Shown here piece by piece: positions 1 through 17,162 of a stretch of DNA of 64,000 nucleotides; the first letter of the stretch is position 1, and each line of letters opens with the position of its first letter. The notes below the pieces were generated by a model. That model ran no database searches, had not been told where the DNA came from, and saw only the letters and a list, made by a program, of their open reading frames with translations. Source of the DNA: Eledone cirrhosa (taxonomy: Eukaryota). The stretch is from positions 257,486,001 through 257,550,000 of the forward strand of contig OZ024741.1 in NCBI GenBank assembly GCA_964016885.1. The letters are read 5' to 3'. Made by a program: the position numbers and the translations under genes.

Positions 1-2672
1 AGAGAATTAAATTGATCATAGTGGGAGGAATGGATAGGGAGAGAGAGAGAGGGGGGGAGATATAGAGAGATAAATATATATATAAAAAATAAAGATAAAG
101 ATAATAATGACAAAAATAAAAGAAAAGAAGGGGGAGAAAGAAGAAAAGAAAAGATAGCCAAGAAGGGGAGGGAAGGAAGGAAGGAAGAAAACGAAGAAAT
201 AGAAGTGGAATGAAGGAGAAGGGGGGGATATAGGTATTGGTTTTTGTGGGTAATTAAAAGGGTTTAGATACAACAAGAGGGTATAAAGTCTAAGTATATG
301 CAGTTTGTCAGTTGGTAGTAAGAGGTTAAGGGTTCGATTTGCACTTGTAGTGCGAAAACTTCTCTTTGAGTCTATGGTTACAATAAATTGATCTTTATTG
401 TTGAGTAACTTATCCTTCGAACTCAAGATGTGGAACAGCTCAAGGTCGCATAATCGACAGCTTCTCATACCACTCCGATATGGGGCACGTTCGATAATTT
501 TTTCCACTGCAGGGTGTATTGATGGTTACTTTCCCTTAGTTGCCAGGTCTTGTTTGCAAGGGTAGTTACATAACGATGCTGGGAATGTTTCATTGCGTAA
601 CGGTGTGTATACCAACGGGCTTTAAATGTATTCCCAGTCGCTCCGATGTAATACCATTTCTGGTTGTCTGATTCCACTGTGCATTGGTAAACCAAGTTAG
701 ACTGCATACATTCATTATGTAATGGACAGTTTTCAGGTAGGTGGCAGTTACAATTCTTGTCATGGGCAACTTTGGCATTAATGGTGGGCTGCGATGCCTG
801 TACAAGTGTGTTACGTTTTGTTTGCCTATTAGCGGGTGGTTGTGTATTAGATATTCTGTTGTGTTCGATGGTGATTGTATTGTTATTGTTGTAAATTTGT
901 GTTTTGGTGTTGGTATGTATCTTTTTAGCGTTAAGCATCTTAATGTGTGGCTCTATATTTGGTGCCGTGAAGTAAGATAGTCTAATAGATTTAGTGTTAA
1001 GGATTTTGCTGTATCTATCAAAATCAAATAAGTCACGCAGTAGAAAATATATTTGGTATAACCCCATATTTAACACCTCTATTAGTACTAACCTACCCTC
1101 TACCTTCTTTAGAATAATAAATAAGCACTTTCCAGATTCACATAGATACAGCAAAATCCTTAACACTAAATCTATTAGACTATCTTACTCCACGGCACCA
1201 AATATAGAGGCACACATTAAGATGCTTAACGCTAAAACGATACATAACAACACCAAAACACAAATTTACAACAATAACAATACAATCACCATCGAATACA
1301 ACAGAATATCTAATACACAACCACCCGCTAATAGGCAAACAAAACGTAACACACTTGTACAGGCATCGCAGCCCACCATTAATGCCAAAGTTGCCCATGA
1401 CAAGAATTGTAACTGCCACCTACCTGAAAACTGTCCATTACATAATGAATGTATGCAGTCTAACTTGGTTTACCAATGCACAGGGGAATCAGACAACCAG
1501 AAATGGTATTACATCGGAGCGACTGGGAATACATTTAAAGCCCGTTGGTATACACACCGTTACGCAATGAAACATTCCCAGCATCGTTATGTAACTACCC
1601 TTGCAAACAAGACCTGGCAACTAAGGGAAAGTAACCATCAATACACCCTGAAGTGGAAAAAATTATCGAACGTGCCCCATATCGGAGTGGTATGAGAAGC
1701 TGTCGATTATGCGACCTTGAGCTGTTCCACATCTTGAGTTCGAAGAATAAGTTACTCAACAATAAAGATCAATTTATTGTAACCATAGACTCAAAGAGAA
1801 GTTTTCGCACTACAAGTGCAAATCGAACCCTTAACCTCTTACTACCAACTGACAAACTGCATATACTTAGACTTTATACCCTCTTGTTGTATCTAAACCC
1901 TTTTAATTACCCACAAAAACCAATACCTATATCCTCCCCTTCTCCTTCATTCCACTTCTATTTCTTCGTTTTCTTCCTTCCTTCCCTCCCCTTCTTGGCT
2001 ATCTTTTCTTTTCTTCTTTCTCCCCCTTCTTTTCTTTTATTTTTATCATTATTATATTTATCTTTATTTTTTATATATATATTTATCTCTTTATATCCCC
2101 CCCCCCTCTCTCTCTATCCATCCCTCCCACTATGATCAATTTAATTCTCTTTAACTCACTACATTCCACGACATGAAGTCTGCTATCAAAACTGATCAAG
2201 GAATCCTTCCACCCCTCCCCCTCCCTCCATCTCAGTTTGTCAGTCTACTTCCTAACTCTACCCCCTTCCTGTCTCTCTATACTATTCCGTTTGTCCCCTC
2301 ACCTTCTGGATCCTCTCTATACTAGTAAATACAATTCCAAATAAATGTTTTTCTCTATATATTAAGAATTATTTCAAGAGTAACTTACTCACTATTTTGA
2401 AAATTTGGACTGTGAACAACAATTATAATTGAGTGGCTGCTATTTGCAGTATAGCAATATAAGGTTGCACTTACCAATGAAACGGTCGTAAATACCTGGA
2501 TAAAATACTTCTGTTAATGCTTACCTGTGTTTTCTATTTTATACTTTATACTCCAAGATTGAACTGAATTCTTACAAACTTGTGGAGTTACCCCTAACCA
2601 TACGTTGAAACCGTCCATGAAACTGGCTTTCTTAACCAGGAACTGGATCACAAAAAGCAATTTTCTGCTTCC

Positions 2673-2677
<5 letters not shown>
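1..2677. mobile_element. Penelope-like element (WYNP/CNC..CPL type, probably Hydra clade), 5'-truncated, with inverted duplicate
   Basis: ORF 994..1695(+) and its mirror 465..1166(-): WYNP, CNCHLPENCPL, LVYQC, YYIGATGNTFKARW, plus CRLC after a frameshift = C-terminal GIY-YIG; 1..1018 is the reverse complement of 1142..2150; ends at (TA)n. Confidence 0.9.
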
Positions 2678-2711
<34 letters not shown>

Positions 2712-2756
2712 CATCATCACCGTTTTACGTCCGTTCTTCCACGCTAGCATGGGTTA

Positions 2757-2796
<40 letters not shown>

Positions 2797-2952
2797 GGAT
2801 ACTATTTATGGTTATATATATATTAAAACTTTTTATAGTTATGTATATTTTAAACCTTAAACAGTGAAGGGCAGTAATTGATTACTACCTTATTACCAGT
2901 AAGATAAATAGCTCAATGTAATAACATCAGTTGTTCTACAGAGCAGTTATAT

Positions 2953-5911
2953 AGAATTCACAAGAATCAAAGCTATGTTCAAAGCATTTATTCTCTTACA
3001 ATTGTTTCATCCAAACGTAGGCTTGGTGTCTTCGGAGCATTTTTCTATGTTTGTACATATAATTGACCTCCTTTCCAACGCAAGAGACATACAGATACAT
3101 ATATATATATATATATATTGATGTACAGTGGAGTGACATATATTATACTATACTATTTTTGTACAGCAATTCAAATTCAAAATGAAAATCAAAATCAAAA
3201 TTAAAATAAAAATTAAAATTAAAATACATTCGGCAGATAACACAGATAATGCAAGAGGATAGTTTGATACCATATTTAGCAAAAACTCACAATACTATAA
3301 TCAGGCATTAGCTAGATCAGGCCATAATAATGAGATCGAGTTCCTACCTATAAAAACACATAGTTACAACATTATTTCACACAATATGTCCATGAGGAAA
3401 AATAGTAATAAGAATAATAACCACACACACACTAGTACGAATGGTGGCAACAAACGTAACTCACACCAGGGAGGACACCAAAATACTATAAACGGAAACA
3501 TCTCACCAGACATAAAAAACAAATATAGAAGAAGAAATAATACATCCCCCCCCCCTTCAATCTAAACATCTCTACCAACCTACCTAAGGCTTTCTTCTCA
3601 CTCCTGGATAAGAACTTCCCATCTGGCCACATGTACCATAGTCTTATAAATAAAAACACCATTAAAATCTCCTACTCTACCACGCCTAACATAGCACACC
3701 ACATAGCTAGTAGCAATAAAAGAAGAATTAATACTTACTTCCAACAAACTAAAACACACCAGGGGGTAAACCTTCAAAACAACGTAATATCTGCAAACCC
3801 TCATATCAATAGTAATAATAGTAATAGCACTAGTGAAATCAATAACACTGGGAGCGACAACCCCCATAGCCATAATGCAATACCTATCAACCAGACTTCT
3901 ACACAACATAATAACCGGCAGGTTAACATCCAAAATAATTGTAACTGTAGATCTAATAGAACCTGCCCTTTAGATACAAACTGCTTAATCAAGGACATCA
4001 TATATTCAATGCACCGTCAGAACTAGCAACTCTTCTGAAACCTATATAGGCTCTACTTCGAACTGCTTCAAAACCAGATGCAATTCACACCTCCATTCTT
4101 TCAAAAAACACAGTCTAGCCAACTCCACTTCACTATCTAGCTACACACACTATCTAAAACCTAGAAATAGATCTTATACACTTCAATGGGAAGTGGTAGG
4201 TAAGGCGGCATCGTACAGACCACCTAATAAATTCTGTAACCTCTGTCTACTAGAGACCTATACTATAATCTTCTTAAACCTTAACCTCCTTAATAAAAAA
4301 AATCGGAGGTGTTTGCGTTGCGTCGTGCCAGCACCGCTTCCGGCACTCCTTCCAAAACTTAAACCCAATATATAACAATGTCAGACTTGAACCCATCACC
4401 ACTTCTAACACTACACCTCAAGGGCACACCTTACACCACAACTCCACACTCTCTGATCCATCCTATCTCGACACAAATCATTCCATCTATCTATAACTTT
4501 TAATATAATTACTTTCAATTACTTATAATTATATAATGATACAATACAGTCTATATAAACTTTAAATACTAGATACGGCAATGAATTATATATGCAATTG
4601 TAATTAAATGTATGGAGTGATAACATTGGATATATATAAGATTAATTTATTAACATAAGAGATCTGTCTAATTTATATGTAGGGTGCTACAATGAATTAT
4701 GTATGAATTATATATGCAAGTATAACTTGATGGATAGATTAATGACATTGTAAATGAGGGATGTATTTGTCTGCTCTAGAGATGTATTTGGTTTTGCCAT
4801 GCAAACAGCAATACGCTGCTCCATAACTTACCAGGGGTTATGTAGACAAAATTCTAATAGGTCCCCTGATATGTTCTGAGAGTAGACTGCATTTACAGTG
4901 AACTTTGATATAAAGGTATGGCACTTTGTATGGAATATTCAATTGTAGCACTATATAATAGGGAGTATTCAACATAATATAGATACCTTTAGTACATCAT
5001 GATAGAGTAGACTGTATTTAAAATTGAAAACTAGATATAAATATATAACCGTCTATATAAGGGACTCAATTGAAGCGCCTTATAATGTATGTTAGAACAA
5101 TGAATTTAGTTATGTGAATCAGCTAGTTACCTCCCCTCACGCATTAACTCACCTTAATTACACACCTACTTCCGGGTAATAAACCACTGTAAATTCTCGC
5201 AGCAGAATCAACCTATTCTATAAATTTGGATTAAATAACATGGAGCCTCAATACGCTAAAATAATTTAATTTAATGCATCAAACATTCAATACAGAATCA
5301 TCGTTACTTATGTGATGGATGTAAAAATCAATATCTTACTTTTTCTGAATGTGAAAATGGTGGTGGATACGAAAACTATAACTTTCCCTTGCTTCTTCTT
5401 TTTCTTTTTATTTTTCTGCACACATACTTGTTTGATCTATACAAAAAATACCTTACCACTACAACCACCATAATACTCTTGCTTACCCGCTTAAAGTGCT
5501 TGCATTACATCTAACACCCTGCCACACAATAATCGTAAACAAATGAGACCAATTTGCATGCTCCATGTGTAACTAACGCATACTCTACCTACTAGGTCTG
5601 ACTATCAAACTATCCTCTTGAATTATCTGTGTTATCTGCCGAATGTATTTTAATTTTTATTTTTATTTTAATTTTAATTTTTATTTTAATTTTGAATTTG
5701 AATTGCTGTACAAAAATAGTATAGTATAATATATGTCACTCCACTGTACATCAATATATACATATGTATCTGTATGTCTCTTGCGTTGGAAAGGGGGTCA
5801 ATTATATGTACAAACATTGAAAAATACTCCGAAGACACCAAGCCTAGGTTTGGATGAAACAATTGTAAGTGAATAAATGCTTTGTACATAGCTTTGATTC
5901 TTGTGAATTCT
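2953..5911 (+). mobile_element. Degenerate PLE flanked by inverted pLTR (2953-3269 / 5603-5911)
   Basis: GIY-YIG remnants 3600-4375 (KISYSTTPNI, CNCRSNRTCPL, YIGSTSN, CNLC); about 310-bp terminal inverted segments. Confidence 0.85.
5825..5871 (+). ncRNA. Minimal hammerhead motif, CCGAAGA core (mirror copy 2993-3039-)
   Basis: TACT CCGAAGA caCCAAGCCtaGGTTTGGat GAAA CAATTG TA AGTG. Confidence 0.6.
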
Positions 5912-6171
5912 CTCTCTCTCTCTCTCTATATATATATAGAGAGAGAGGGGGGGGGAGAGGAGAGAGAGTATAGTAGTGATCAAATATCATTAGGAGAAAT
6001 TGAAAACTATATCAACATGAAATGGATTTTGACTCAACAGTTGGAAGATTCATCAAGTCTTTCCGGAGTTTAACTGTGGGTACAATGAAGGTAATACCAG
6101 GAGTGTTTATACATAAGTAACATGAATATGACAACATTGCAGTTAGAGGATCAACATTTATTATGAAATTG

Positions 6172-6212
<41 letters not shown>

Positions 6213-6730
6213 GTGTGTGCATTAGGTTATGTTTCAGATAAACAAGAATTATATGTATATATGTGCGTGTGTTGGATAATCGATTTGGCCCCTTCTGCAG
6301 TCGTGTATTTTGGATTTTGTGATAATACAATAATTGTTTCTACTTTTGGCACAAGGCCAGCAATTATCCCAGTACGTTACCGGTACTTTATTTTACCGAC
6401 CAGCTAAGGATAAAAGGCAAAGTTAACCTGGGCGGGATTTGAACTCAGCACATAAAGGGGCGTAACTCTATGCTGCAAAGCATGGCGTCCGACCCTCTAC
6501 CGATACTGCCAATCCACTGTGATAATACAATAATAATTGTAATAATAATGATAATAGTTATATTATTATGTTATCACATGAATTCTGATATGCGTGTGGC
6601 TATGACACGCATCTCCCAAAGCTTACTTAACTTTAAAAATCATTAAACACTCGACTCCAATTGCATTACCAGCTTCCTTTTCCTATATTTTTACCGGTTT
6701 GTGGCATAGAAAAATATTTTCTCATGAATT

Positions 6731-6761
<31 letters not shown>

Positions 6762-6775
6762 TTGTGTGTGAAAGC

Positions 6776-8760
<1,985 letters not shown>

Positions 8761-8856
8761 ATATATGTATTTTTGACCATTGGTCAGTCAATGTTAACAT
8801 TGAGGACGAATGAATTAACTGATATAAAAGATACAGAAGCAAAAACCAACCAAACA

Positions 8857-8947
<91 letters not shown>

Positions 8948-8997
8948 TTTATATGTATATATATGTATTTATATGTATATATATATACACACGTATG

Positions 8998-9330
8998 TCA
9001 GGTCACCAGTTGGTGCTACTGGTAACATGTATCCCAGTACAACCTCTCTCATGGTCGGGTCGTTGACGACTAAACTAGCAACCCTACCAAGGTTTCTTGG
9101 TGAGGAGGGTGACTTTGGACATCCTGCAGGACTAAAAACAAAACCTGTCAAAGGGCACAGGAGCTCTTAAGAGTCAATGGCCATCCAAAATTACCTGCAA
9201 CCCTGATGGTATCCAATGATGTTGACTTGTTCTTCTTTTTGGTAAATATCATCTTGGTTAAGAGAGTGGGACTGGCTTTGTGCAGTGCCTTTGCTCACTA
9301 TAAAAGCTTCACGGCACAGGCATTGCTTTA
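8998..9330 (-). repeat. Dispersed repeat, inverted homolog of 55826-56280
   Basis: Shared blocks such as GTTTTT(A/G)xCCTGCAGGxTGTCCAAAxTCACCCTCCTCACCAAG and GTTGTACTGGG..TTACCAGTAGCAC. Confidence 0.75.
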
Positions 9331-9534
9331 TATCTGGAGATCTCTCTGCACTTGTCATCACATGGTACCATGGGCCCAGCACTATGTGTCAATAATTGTC
9401 ACAAGTGTAGTGTTTGTACCAGAGTTTTCAAGTCGCTGGCTGGACTAAAAAGTCACACTCGTTCAGCGCATCAGTAGGGGTTCTCCTACATGGATATAAA
9501 GTAGTGGCCGTACTCGAAAACGAGTTAGCAGCCA

Positions 9535-9597
<63 letters not shown>

Positions 9598-9690
9598 TAT
9601 ATATATATACATACATATAAATATATATATACATACATATATTTACATACATATATTTATATGTATGTATATATATGTATGTGTATATAT

Positions 9691-9812
<122 letters not shown>

Positions 9813-9932
9813 GTATATATTGTATATATATATATATTCAAACAATATTAATAAAGGATAATTATATAATATATATAATATAATGTCATATATATGTAAT
9901 CATATGATATATAATACATGAAATACATCTAT

Positions 9933-12800
9933 CTAGGGCGGGTAAAATTCCCGAGATCCATGGACAAGTTCTCTCCAGCGGTCTCTGTCCCTCATTATCG
10001 CTGCCATGTCCTGTATCTCCAACAGACCAGTGGCTGTCCTTAGGCCATCAACATATGTTAACCTCTGTCTTTCTCTTCCAGCGTGTCCATGCAGGGGCTC
10101 CAACAAGAGCACTGAGTGCAGTGTCAACTCTGGATGTCGGTGAGCATGTCCAGCTAACCCCAGTCTCCTCTGTGTCACTTTTGAGCTGACTTTGGGAGGC
10201 TCCCATACAGCTCTGAGTTCCTCATCCTCAGTGTATACTGATTAATGTGCAGAGCCATCCTCAGCATTCTCGTGTATCACCCGTCCACCATCTGAGTTAG
10301 TTTCTGGTCAGTGTCCAAATCTCAGACCCGTACAGCAGCACAGACTCCACTACAGCAACGAAGAGGCGGATCTTCAGGTCTTTACGAAGGTTTGACTTCC
10401 ACACCGATCTCAAACTGTAGCACACCGCCCAGATTGGCTCTTCCTCTCGACCACATCATCTTCCATATCCCCAATCTTTGCTCCCAAATACAGGAAGTCC
10501 TCAACCAATTCTAGCGGCTTCCCGCCTACATTAGTAATCTTCTCTGGCTTCTTAATATTCTCTACCAGATATTTCGTCTTAATCTCATTCATTCTCAGCC
10601 CCGCACCCATCGACACAATCTCCACCTCCTGCATCAAATCCTCTGCCTCCTTCACTGTGTGTGTCATGAAAACTATGTCGTCGGCAAATTCAGCATCCGA
10701 TTTCTTTTTTGCCTTAATTCTGCTGCTCTGAACCGTTACAGTAAAGCCAGAAGCCTGGTGTTTCTCCAGCGCAAGGCGCATACAATAGTCCAATGCAATT
10801 ATAAAAAGATAGGTATCCAATATATCTCTCTGGAGCACTCCAGCCAGTATCTCAAAGAATTCTGTCATCCCATCAGGTGGAATGACTTGGGCTTTGGTGT
10901 TGGTGTAGATCTGTGATATCAGGTCCACTATCTTCTTGGGGATTCCATAAGCTTGTAATATTTTCATCAGGCAGTAACGGTCCACAGAATCAAAGGCCTT
11001 CCTAAAGTCAATGAAAACCATGACCGCAGGAAGGCACTTTGCTCTAGCTCCCTCTGTCCTTCTCAGCATCAGGATGTGACTGGTGGTTGATCTTCCCTCT
11101 CTGAAGCCGTTCTGGTTGTCTCTGAGCTTCTTCTCCATCTCTGGCTGGATCCTGTTAAGAATCATCCTGTTGAGGGTATTTGTCACAAGTGACGTCAGTG
11201 AGATCCTCCTGTAGTTGTTAGTGTTAGAAATATCTCCCTTCTTTGGCACTGGGACGATGTTACTGATCCTCCACTGATTCGGGGCAACTCCTTTCTCCAG
11301 TGCCTGGTTACAGAACTCCAGGATGATATCATCAAAATAACACTTCTTCATCACCTCTGATGCCACTCCATCTTCTCCATGAGCCTTGCTCCCCTTGATC
11401 TTGTTCTTGGCTCTCTGAAGCTTCTCTGTGGTGAAGGGCCCTGTCTCAATATCCATCCAGTTCCTCAAACAGCCGCCCGATCTCCCCAGTGTTCTGGGCA
11501 GTATCCTCGGGCACTATTCCTTGGATCTGACTCGAACACCTTCTCCTTGTGATCTCGTTGATGATCATCTAGCTCTCCTTACATCCAGACCTGCCAACCG
11601 CTCTCTCCACACTTCTGATCTTCTCTATCAGTGCCTCCTCCCTGGCCTCAGTGTAAGCGGTACAGAGTTCTTCCCCCATCACTTCCACATTCTCCTTCTT
11701 CTCCTCCGTAGGATCAGCATAGAATTGGTCCTTGGCAGCTTTCAGGTGTTCTCTGGCTGCATAAACTTTTGTATCTGCAGAGCTGACGTGCTTCCTTTTG
11801 TTCTTTCTCCTAGGTACCAGGGTCTCACTTGCTTCTGCCAATGCATTGGTGAAGTACCCGTACCTCCTCGTCACACTCTTCTCAGTCCCTCCAATCTCTC
11901 TCTCCTCTGTCTCTCCATAGAGATCACTGAACCTGTTTCTCACTTCTATTGAGAACCTCTTCTGTAGTTTATCATCTTCCTTGAAAGCTCCCCAGATTGC
12001 TCTCCGGGGCTGAGCCTTGCTCTTTCTTAAGCTCACCCAGACCTCACTCATAACAAGCCGGTGGTCACTGCCCAGTGTACTGAAATAGTTGTATGGTTTA
12101 GTGTTCAGAACACTATTCCGCCACTTTTTTCCTCACCAGAATGAAATCAATCTGGGTCTTGGACAGGTGCATATCTGAGATGTAGGTCCACATCTTCCCC
12201 AGATTCTTCCTAAACCTTAGGTTGGTTGCTATCAAGTTTGCCTCCAGAAGGATGTCTCTCAGAAGTCTTCCATTTCGGTTGGTGTTGTTATGGAAGTACC
12301 AGCAAGGATCTTCACTGCCCTCCTTACTCATATGTGCATTGAAGTCCCCACAACAAGTAGGATGTTGTGAGCTTGTGTGGTGTTGACAGCTCTACACATT
12401 TCCTCGTGGAACTCTTCCGCACTCACATCACTGTATCTCTCGGTTGGACTATAGGCTGAGATGACTGTCAGTCTTGGGTTTCCATTGAAGGTCACGCTCA
12501 ACACTCGTGGGGAGACAGGTATTATTTCCCTCAATAATAGATTGGATTTTGCGCTGAAAACAAAACCCACTGCTCCTACTGCAGCATTGGTCATGTTCTT
12601 CACTGTGGTGTTGAGCTGGCTCCTCTTCCCAATCATCACACTCCTCACGTGCTCATCGTGTAGGATCCTGTGTTCTTGGATCGCAAGTATCTGTATACCA
12701 TTCTCCTCAAACAGATGACCTAACTACTCCCTCTTCTCCAGCGTCGAATAGTTCTCACATTCAAAGTGTCCATTTTGATGGCTCTTCTGCAGGACATAAC
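9933..12800 (-). mobile_element. RTE-clade LINE, near full-length, decayed (APE endonuclease + RT)
   Basis: APE motifs (AIQEHR, GDFNAH, SDHRLV region 12050-12780); RT ORF 10410..11468 (QNGFREGRST, FIDFRKAFDSV, GVLQRD, FADD); RTE C-terminus 9933..10178. Confidence 0.9.
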
Positions 12801-13193
12801 TGCATTCTATATATTTGTCTCAGAGACAACTGATCCATCATCCACTGGCCCTCCCTATGACTCTAAGCTCTAAGCCAGCAGAATCATAACGACCAGACAG
12901 GTCCTTCACAGTGTAGTTAGGGGCTCTAACCCTAGTGCTGTTAAATACACTCTCCATGTTCTTTTCAATGGCTGACAATATCTTACTAGCGCCACTCGAA
13001 TAATGCAATTATTTAACCCATAAATGGGGCCCTAACAGGTACTATACTCCGGGCCAGAGCAGACCTTGAAGTTATGACAACTAAGTGGTAACTCCACATT
13101 CCCCACAGCTCCTGAACTCCTAAACTGGAGCCTTGCCACTGGATGTAGTTTAATGCCGTACCCAGGACATGAAATATATATATATATATATAC

Positions 13194-15148
13194 TTAGCAC
13201 GCAGGGAGGCAGAGAGTAGGAGGTTTCCCAATGTTCTGCGACGGGAAGATCAGGGGCGTGCGGTGTTCCACATTGCAAGGCAGTGTGTCAATGCAAATCA
13301 GGATGTTGTTGGAGATAAATGTGTCCGGGATGATGCCAGTGTACTTAGTGTCACGAATGACCAGAAAAAGGAGGCCTGGAAATGTCATTATGAGAGACTG
13401 ATGAATGTGGAGAACGAATGGGAGAGAGAGAAATTACCCTTGGTAGATCCGACAGAGGGACCAGCTATTGAGATTGACGAATATAGGGTCCAAGAGGCGA
13501 TTAGGGAAATGAAAAATGGTAAGGCTGCCGGACCATCGGGAATAGTTGCTGAGATGCTGAAGGCATCAGGGGACGTAGGCACTAAACTGGTTGCACGCAT
13601 CATCAATCAGGCTATATATGGTGGTGTCATACCCAAAGACTGGTGCAGCAGTATTCTCATAAATTGCTACAAAGGTAAAGGGGATGCTTTGGAGAGGAGC
13701 AATTATAGGGGTATAAAACTGATAGATCAGGTTATGAAAGTGTCAGAAAGGATTTTAGCACAACTAATTAGAGAAAGGGTCAAACTAGATGAGATGCAGT
13801 TTGGTTTTGTGCCTGGGAAGAGTACAACAGATGCCCTCTTCTTGGTGAGACAAATGCAAGAGAGGTTCTTAGAGAAGAATAAGCCACTATACTTAGCCTT
13901 TGTTGACCTAAAGAAGGCCTTTGATAGGGTACCCCGATCTGTCATCTGGTGGTCCCTAAGGAAGCTAGGTGTTGAGGAATGGCTTGTGAGGACAGTGCAA
14001 ACTTTGTACAGAGGTACTCTCAGTAAAGTCAGGGTAGGAATGGAGTTTAGTGAGGAATTCCAGATACAAGTAGGAGTACATCAGGGTTCGGTCCTCAGCC
14101 CGCTCTTGTTCATTATAGTCCTCCAAGCCATAACAGAGGAGTTTAAGACTGGCTGTCCATGGGAACTTCTCTATGCTGACGATCTGGCTCTTATAGCAGA
14201 ATCAGTAGAGGAGCTAGAGAATAAATTCCGGCTATGGAAACAGCAGTTGGAAGCAAGGGGACTGAGAGTAAATCTAGCTAAGACAAGTGTTGATGAGTAG
14301 AAAAGAGGACAAAACCCTGATTCCGTCAGGGAAATAGCCATGTTCGATATGAAGAAAAGGAACTGGCATAAATTCTATAAAATGCACACAATGCAGGTCA
14401 TGAGTACACAATAGATGTAGCGGGATAGCAGGCAAACTAACAGGTAGGGAGAAATATGTATGCAGTAGATGTACAGGGAAATTAGACACTAGAAGTCGCA
14501 CTGATAGTCACATTTTTCAAATGCGAGAGGGCGCTATAGAAGTGGTGGATAGCTTCCGGTACCTAGGAGATCAGATTAGCATGGGAGGAGGGTGTTCCGA
14601 GGCCATAGTATCTAGAATAAGGACGGGTTGGAAGAAGTTTAGGGAGCTGCTACCTCTGTTGACGAAGAAGGGTTTCTCCCTGCGTACGAAAGGCCGGTTG
14701 TATGATGCCTGTGTGAGGAGCACGATGCTGCATGGTAGTGAGACATGGGCAGCAACCGCAGAGGATATGCGACGGCAGGAGAGAAATGAGGCAAGCATGC
14801 TCCGTTGGATGTGCAGTGTAAATGTGCGTGAACGACTCAGCATAAATGTGTTGAGAGAGAAACTGTGTCTGAGAGGGATAGAATGTAGTGTACGGGAGAG
14901 GAGACTGAGGTGGTATGGACATGTGATGTGCATGGAGGATGACCGATGAGTGAAGAAGTGCCAGGAAATGCCAGTTGAAGGAAGACGTGGTAGAGGTAGA
15001 CCACGAAAAACATGGGCGGAGGTGGTGAGAACAGACCTCAGATCATTGAAGCTCACGGTGGAGATGACGAGGGACCGTGACGAGTGGAGAGATGCTGTGC
15101 TGAATAAGACCCGTCCCACCCTTGCAAGCAGGGAAAAGCGGACGTAAA

Positions 15149-15183
<35 letters not shown>
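13194..15183 (+). mobile_element. RTE LINE, 5'-truncated, with (GAT)n tail
   Basis: ORF 13263..14300 (QFGFVPGKST, FVDLKKAFDRV, GVHQGSVLSP, YADD); C-terminal RRLRWYGHV..GRGRPRKTW; (GAT)n 3' tail. Confidence 0.93.
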
Positions 15184-15702
15184 ATAATATATACATAATA
15201 TATACAGATATATAGATATGATATATACATGTATATGATATATATTTATAATATACATATACATATTTACAAATATCTATTGGTTTCCTAGGATGATAAC
15301 ATTGACATGCAGCATGCTTAGCATACAGAAATAACATGCAAACAGGCTATATTAGTTATATAACACACCAGAATCTATTAATATCCTGGCATCATTGTGT
15401 GGACGAAGCACGATGTTAGAATGAAATAAATCTTATAACACATTGTGAGAAATATTGATAGTCAAGCAAAAGTTCTATTGTCAATATCTTTGCTAGTTAA
15501 TTCCAATCAATTGAAACACTTCTCTCTATTAAAACGTAAGTTTCATGCTTGTATTAATTATTGTAGTTTGTCACAAATCTGTTAACATTTAAAGTCAGGA
15601 GAATTTTGTGATAGGATTAATGAAGAAATTTAAATATAAAAATTTGTTTATTATTATTATTATTTAGATGCATTTAGAAAAGTTTTAATATTTACAACTT
15701 AC

Positions 15703-15754
15703 CCTCCATTAAAGTAACTTTCGTTTTACTTTCCTCAACATGTTGTATTACATC
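15703..15754 (-). CDS. Probable RPTP D2 first exon (52 bp)
   Basis: tatattttaag|DVIQHVEESKTKVTLME(G..)|gtaagt; good splice sites and phase 0 to 1 like the 88-bp D1 counterpart, but no diagnostic motif. Confidence 0.55.
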
Positions 15755-15806
15755 CTTAAAATATATGAAAATAGTTGACTAGTTTAAGCAATACAATTAA
15801 ATGTTA

Positions 15807-15836
<30 letters not shown>

Positions 15837-15837
<1 letters not shown>

Positions 15838-16350
15838 AGTATCTAGAATAAGGACGGGCTGGAAGAAGTTTAGGGAGCTGCTTCCTCTGCTGACGAAGAA
15901 GGGTTTCTCTCTGTATACGAAAGGACGGTTATATGAAGGAAGATGTAGTTGAGGAAGACCACAAAAAACATGGGCGGAGGTGGTGAGAGCAGACCTCAGA
16001 TAGCTGAAGATCACGGTGGAGATGACGAAGGACCGTGACAAGTGGAGAGATGCTGTACTGAATAGGATGATGATGATCATGATCATCATTTTACGTCCGG
16101 TTTTCCCTGCTTGCAAGGGTGGGATGGGTCCTATTCAGCACAGCATCTCTCCACTTGTCACGGTCCTTCGTCATCTCCTCGGTGAGTTTCAGAAATCTGG
16201 GGTCTGCTCTCACCACCTCCGCCCATATTTTTCGTGGTCTACCTCTACTGTGTCTTCCTTCTACTGGGATTTCTTGGCACTTCTTTACCCAGCTGTCATC
16301 CTCCATGTGCATCACATGTCCATACCATCGCAGTCTCCTCTCCCGCACAC
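15837..16350. mobile_element. Two short RTE 3' fragments joined tail-to-tail
   Basis: 15837-16077(+) internally deleted and 16080-16350(-), both homologous to 14606-15180, meeting at GAT/ATC tails. Confidence 0.85.
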
Positions 16351-17075
16351 AACAATTTATGGTAGGATGTGAAAGTATTTCAGTTTACTAAAATGGTCAT
16401 TTACTCTGGCTTTTACAGAGGTTTTAAAACAAATGATTCTTACAAGCCGATTTAGCTGTTTTATCAATATACTTTCATTGGTAACTCTCAGTGGGCGACG
16501 AACAGCATACCGCTATCTCTATTAATTTGGCGTCAATTGTTCTTTAGTGAATAGCATTCAACTAAGCAATGGTACAGAGGGAAGAGAGGCTTGCTTAAGC
16601 TAAAGCATGCAGGTATGGTTGTGAGCATGTGCATGGGTTAAACCTTAATATAGTGGGTTTGCGTCATCATATCTACGTATACGTGTGCCTGGTCATATAG
16701 CAGTAGTATATCCAACTATATTCCTGTACACGTGAACGATAGGTCACCCACATGCGCAACCATGCAGACAGACATACACAACCCATTCGTGATCGGGCAC
16801 ACATATACATGTATACAGGGTCCCACACATATAAAGTTATATGAATAGAGAAAATAAGGAAAGGAAGACATCCCACCGCAAGTAAACGTGAGGATTGAAC
16901 TTTAGATGTTAGGAGAACGGTTAATTTGGCTTCCTAATCTTTGTCAATACTATCTTTAGAGCCTAAAAATTAAACTGGACTAATATCGATTTATATTCAA
17001 TATCACTGCAATGTCCACTCTTACTATACAATATTTGAAACAACTATATACTCTGAAATCTATATATACATGTAC

Positions 17076-17162
<87 letters not shown>

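Noticed and set aside
1-2150. Inverted duplication as an assembly artefact
   Set aside because: The arms carry several substitutions and indels and match known PLE geometry; not fully excluded without reads
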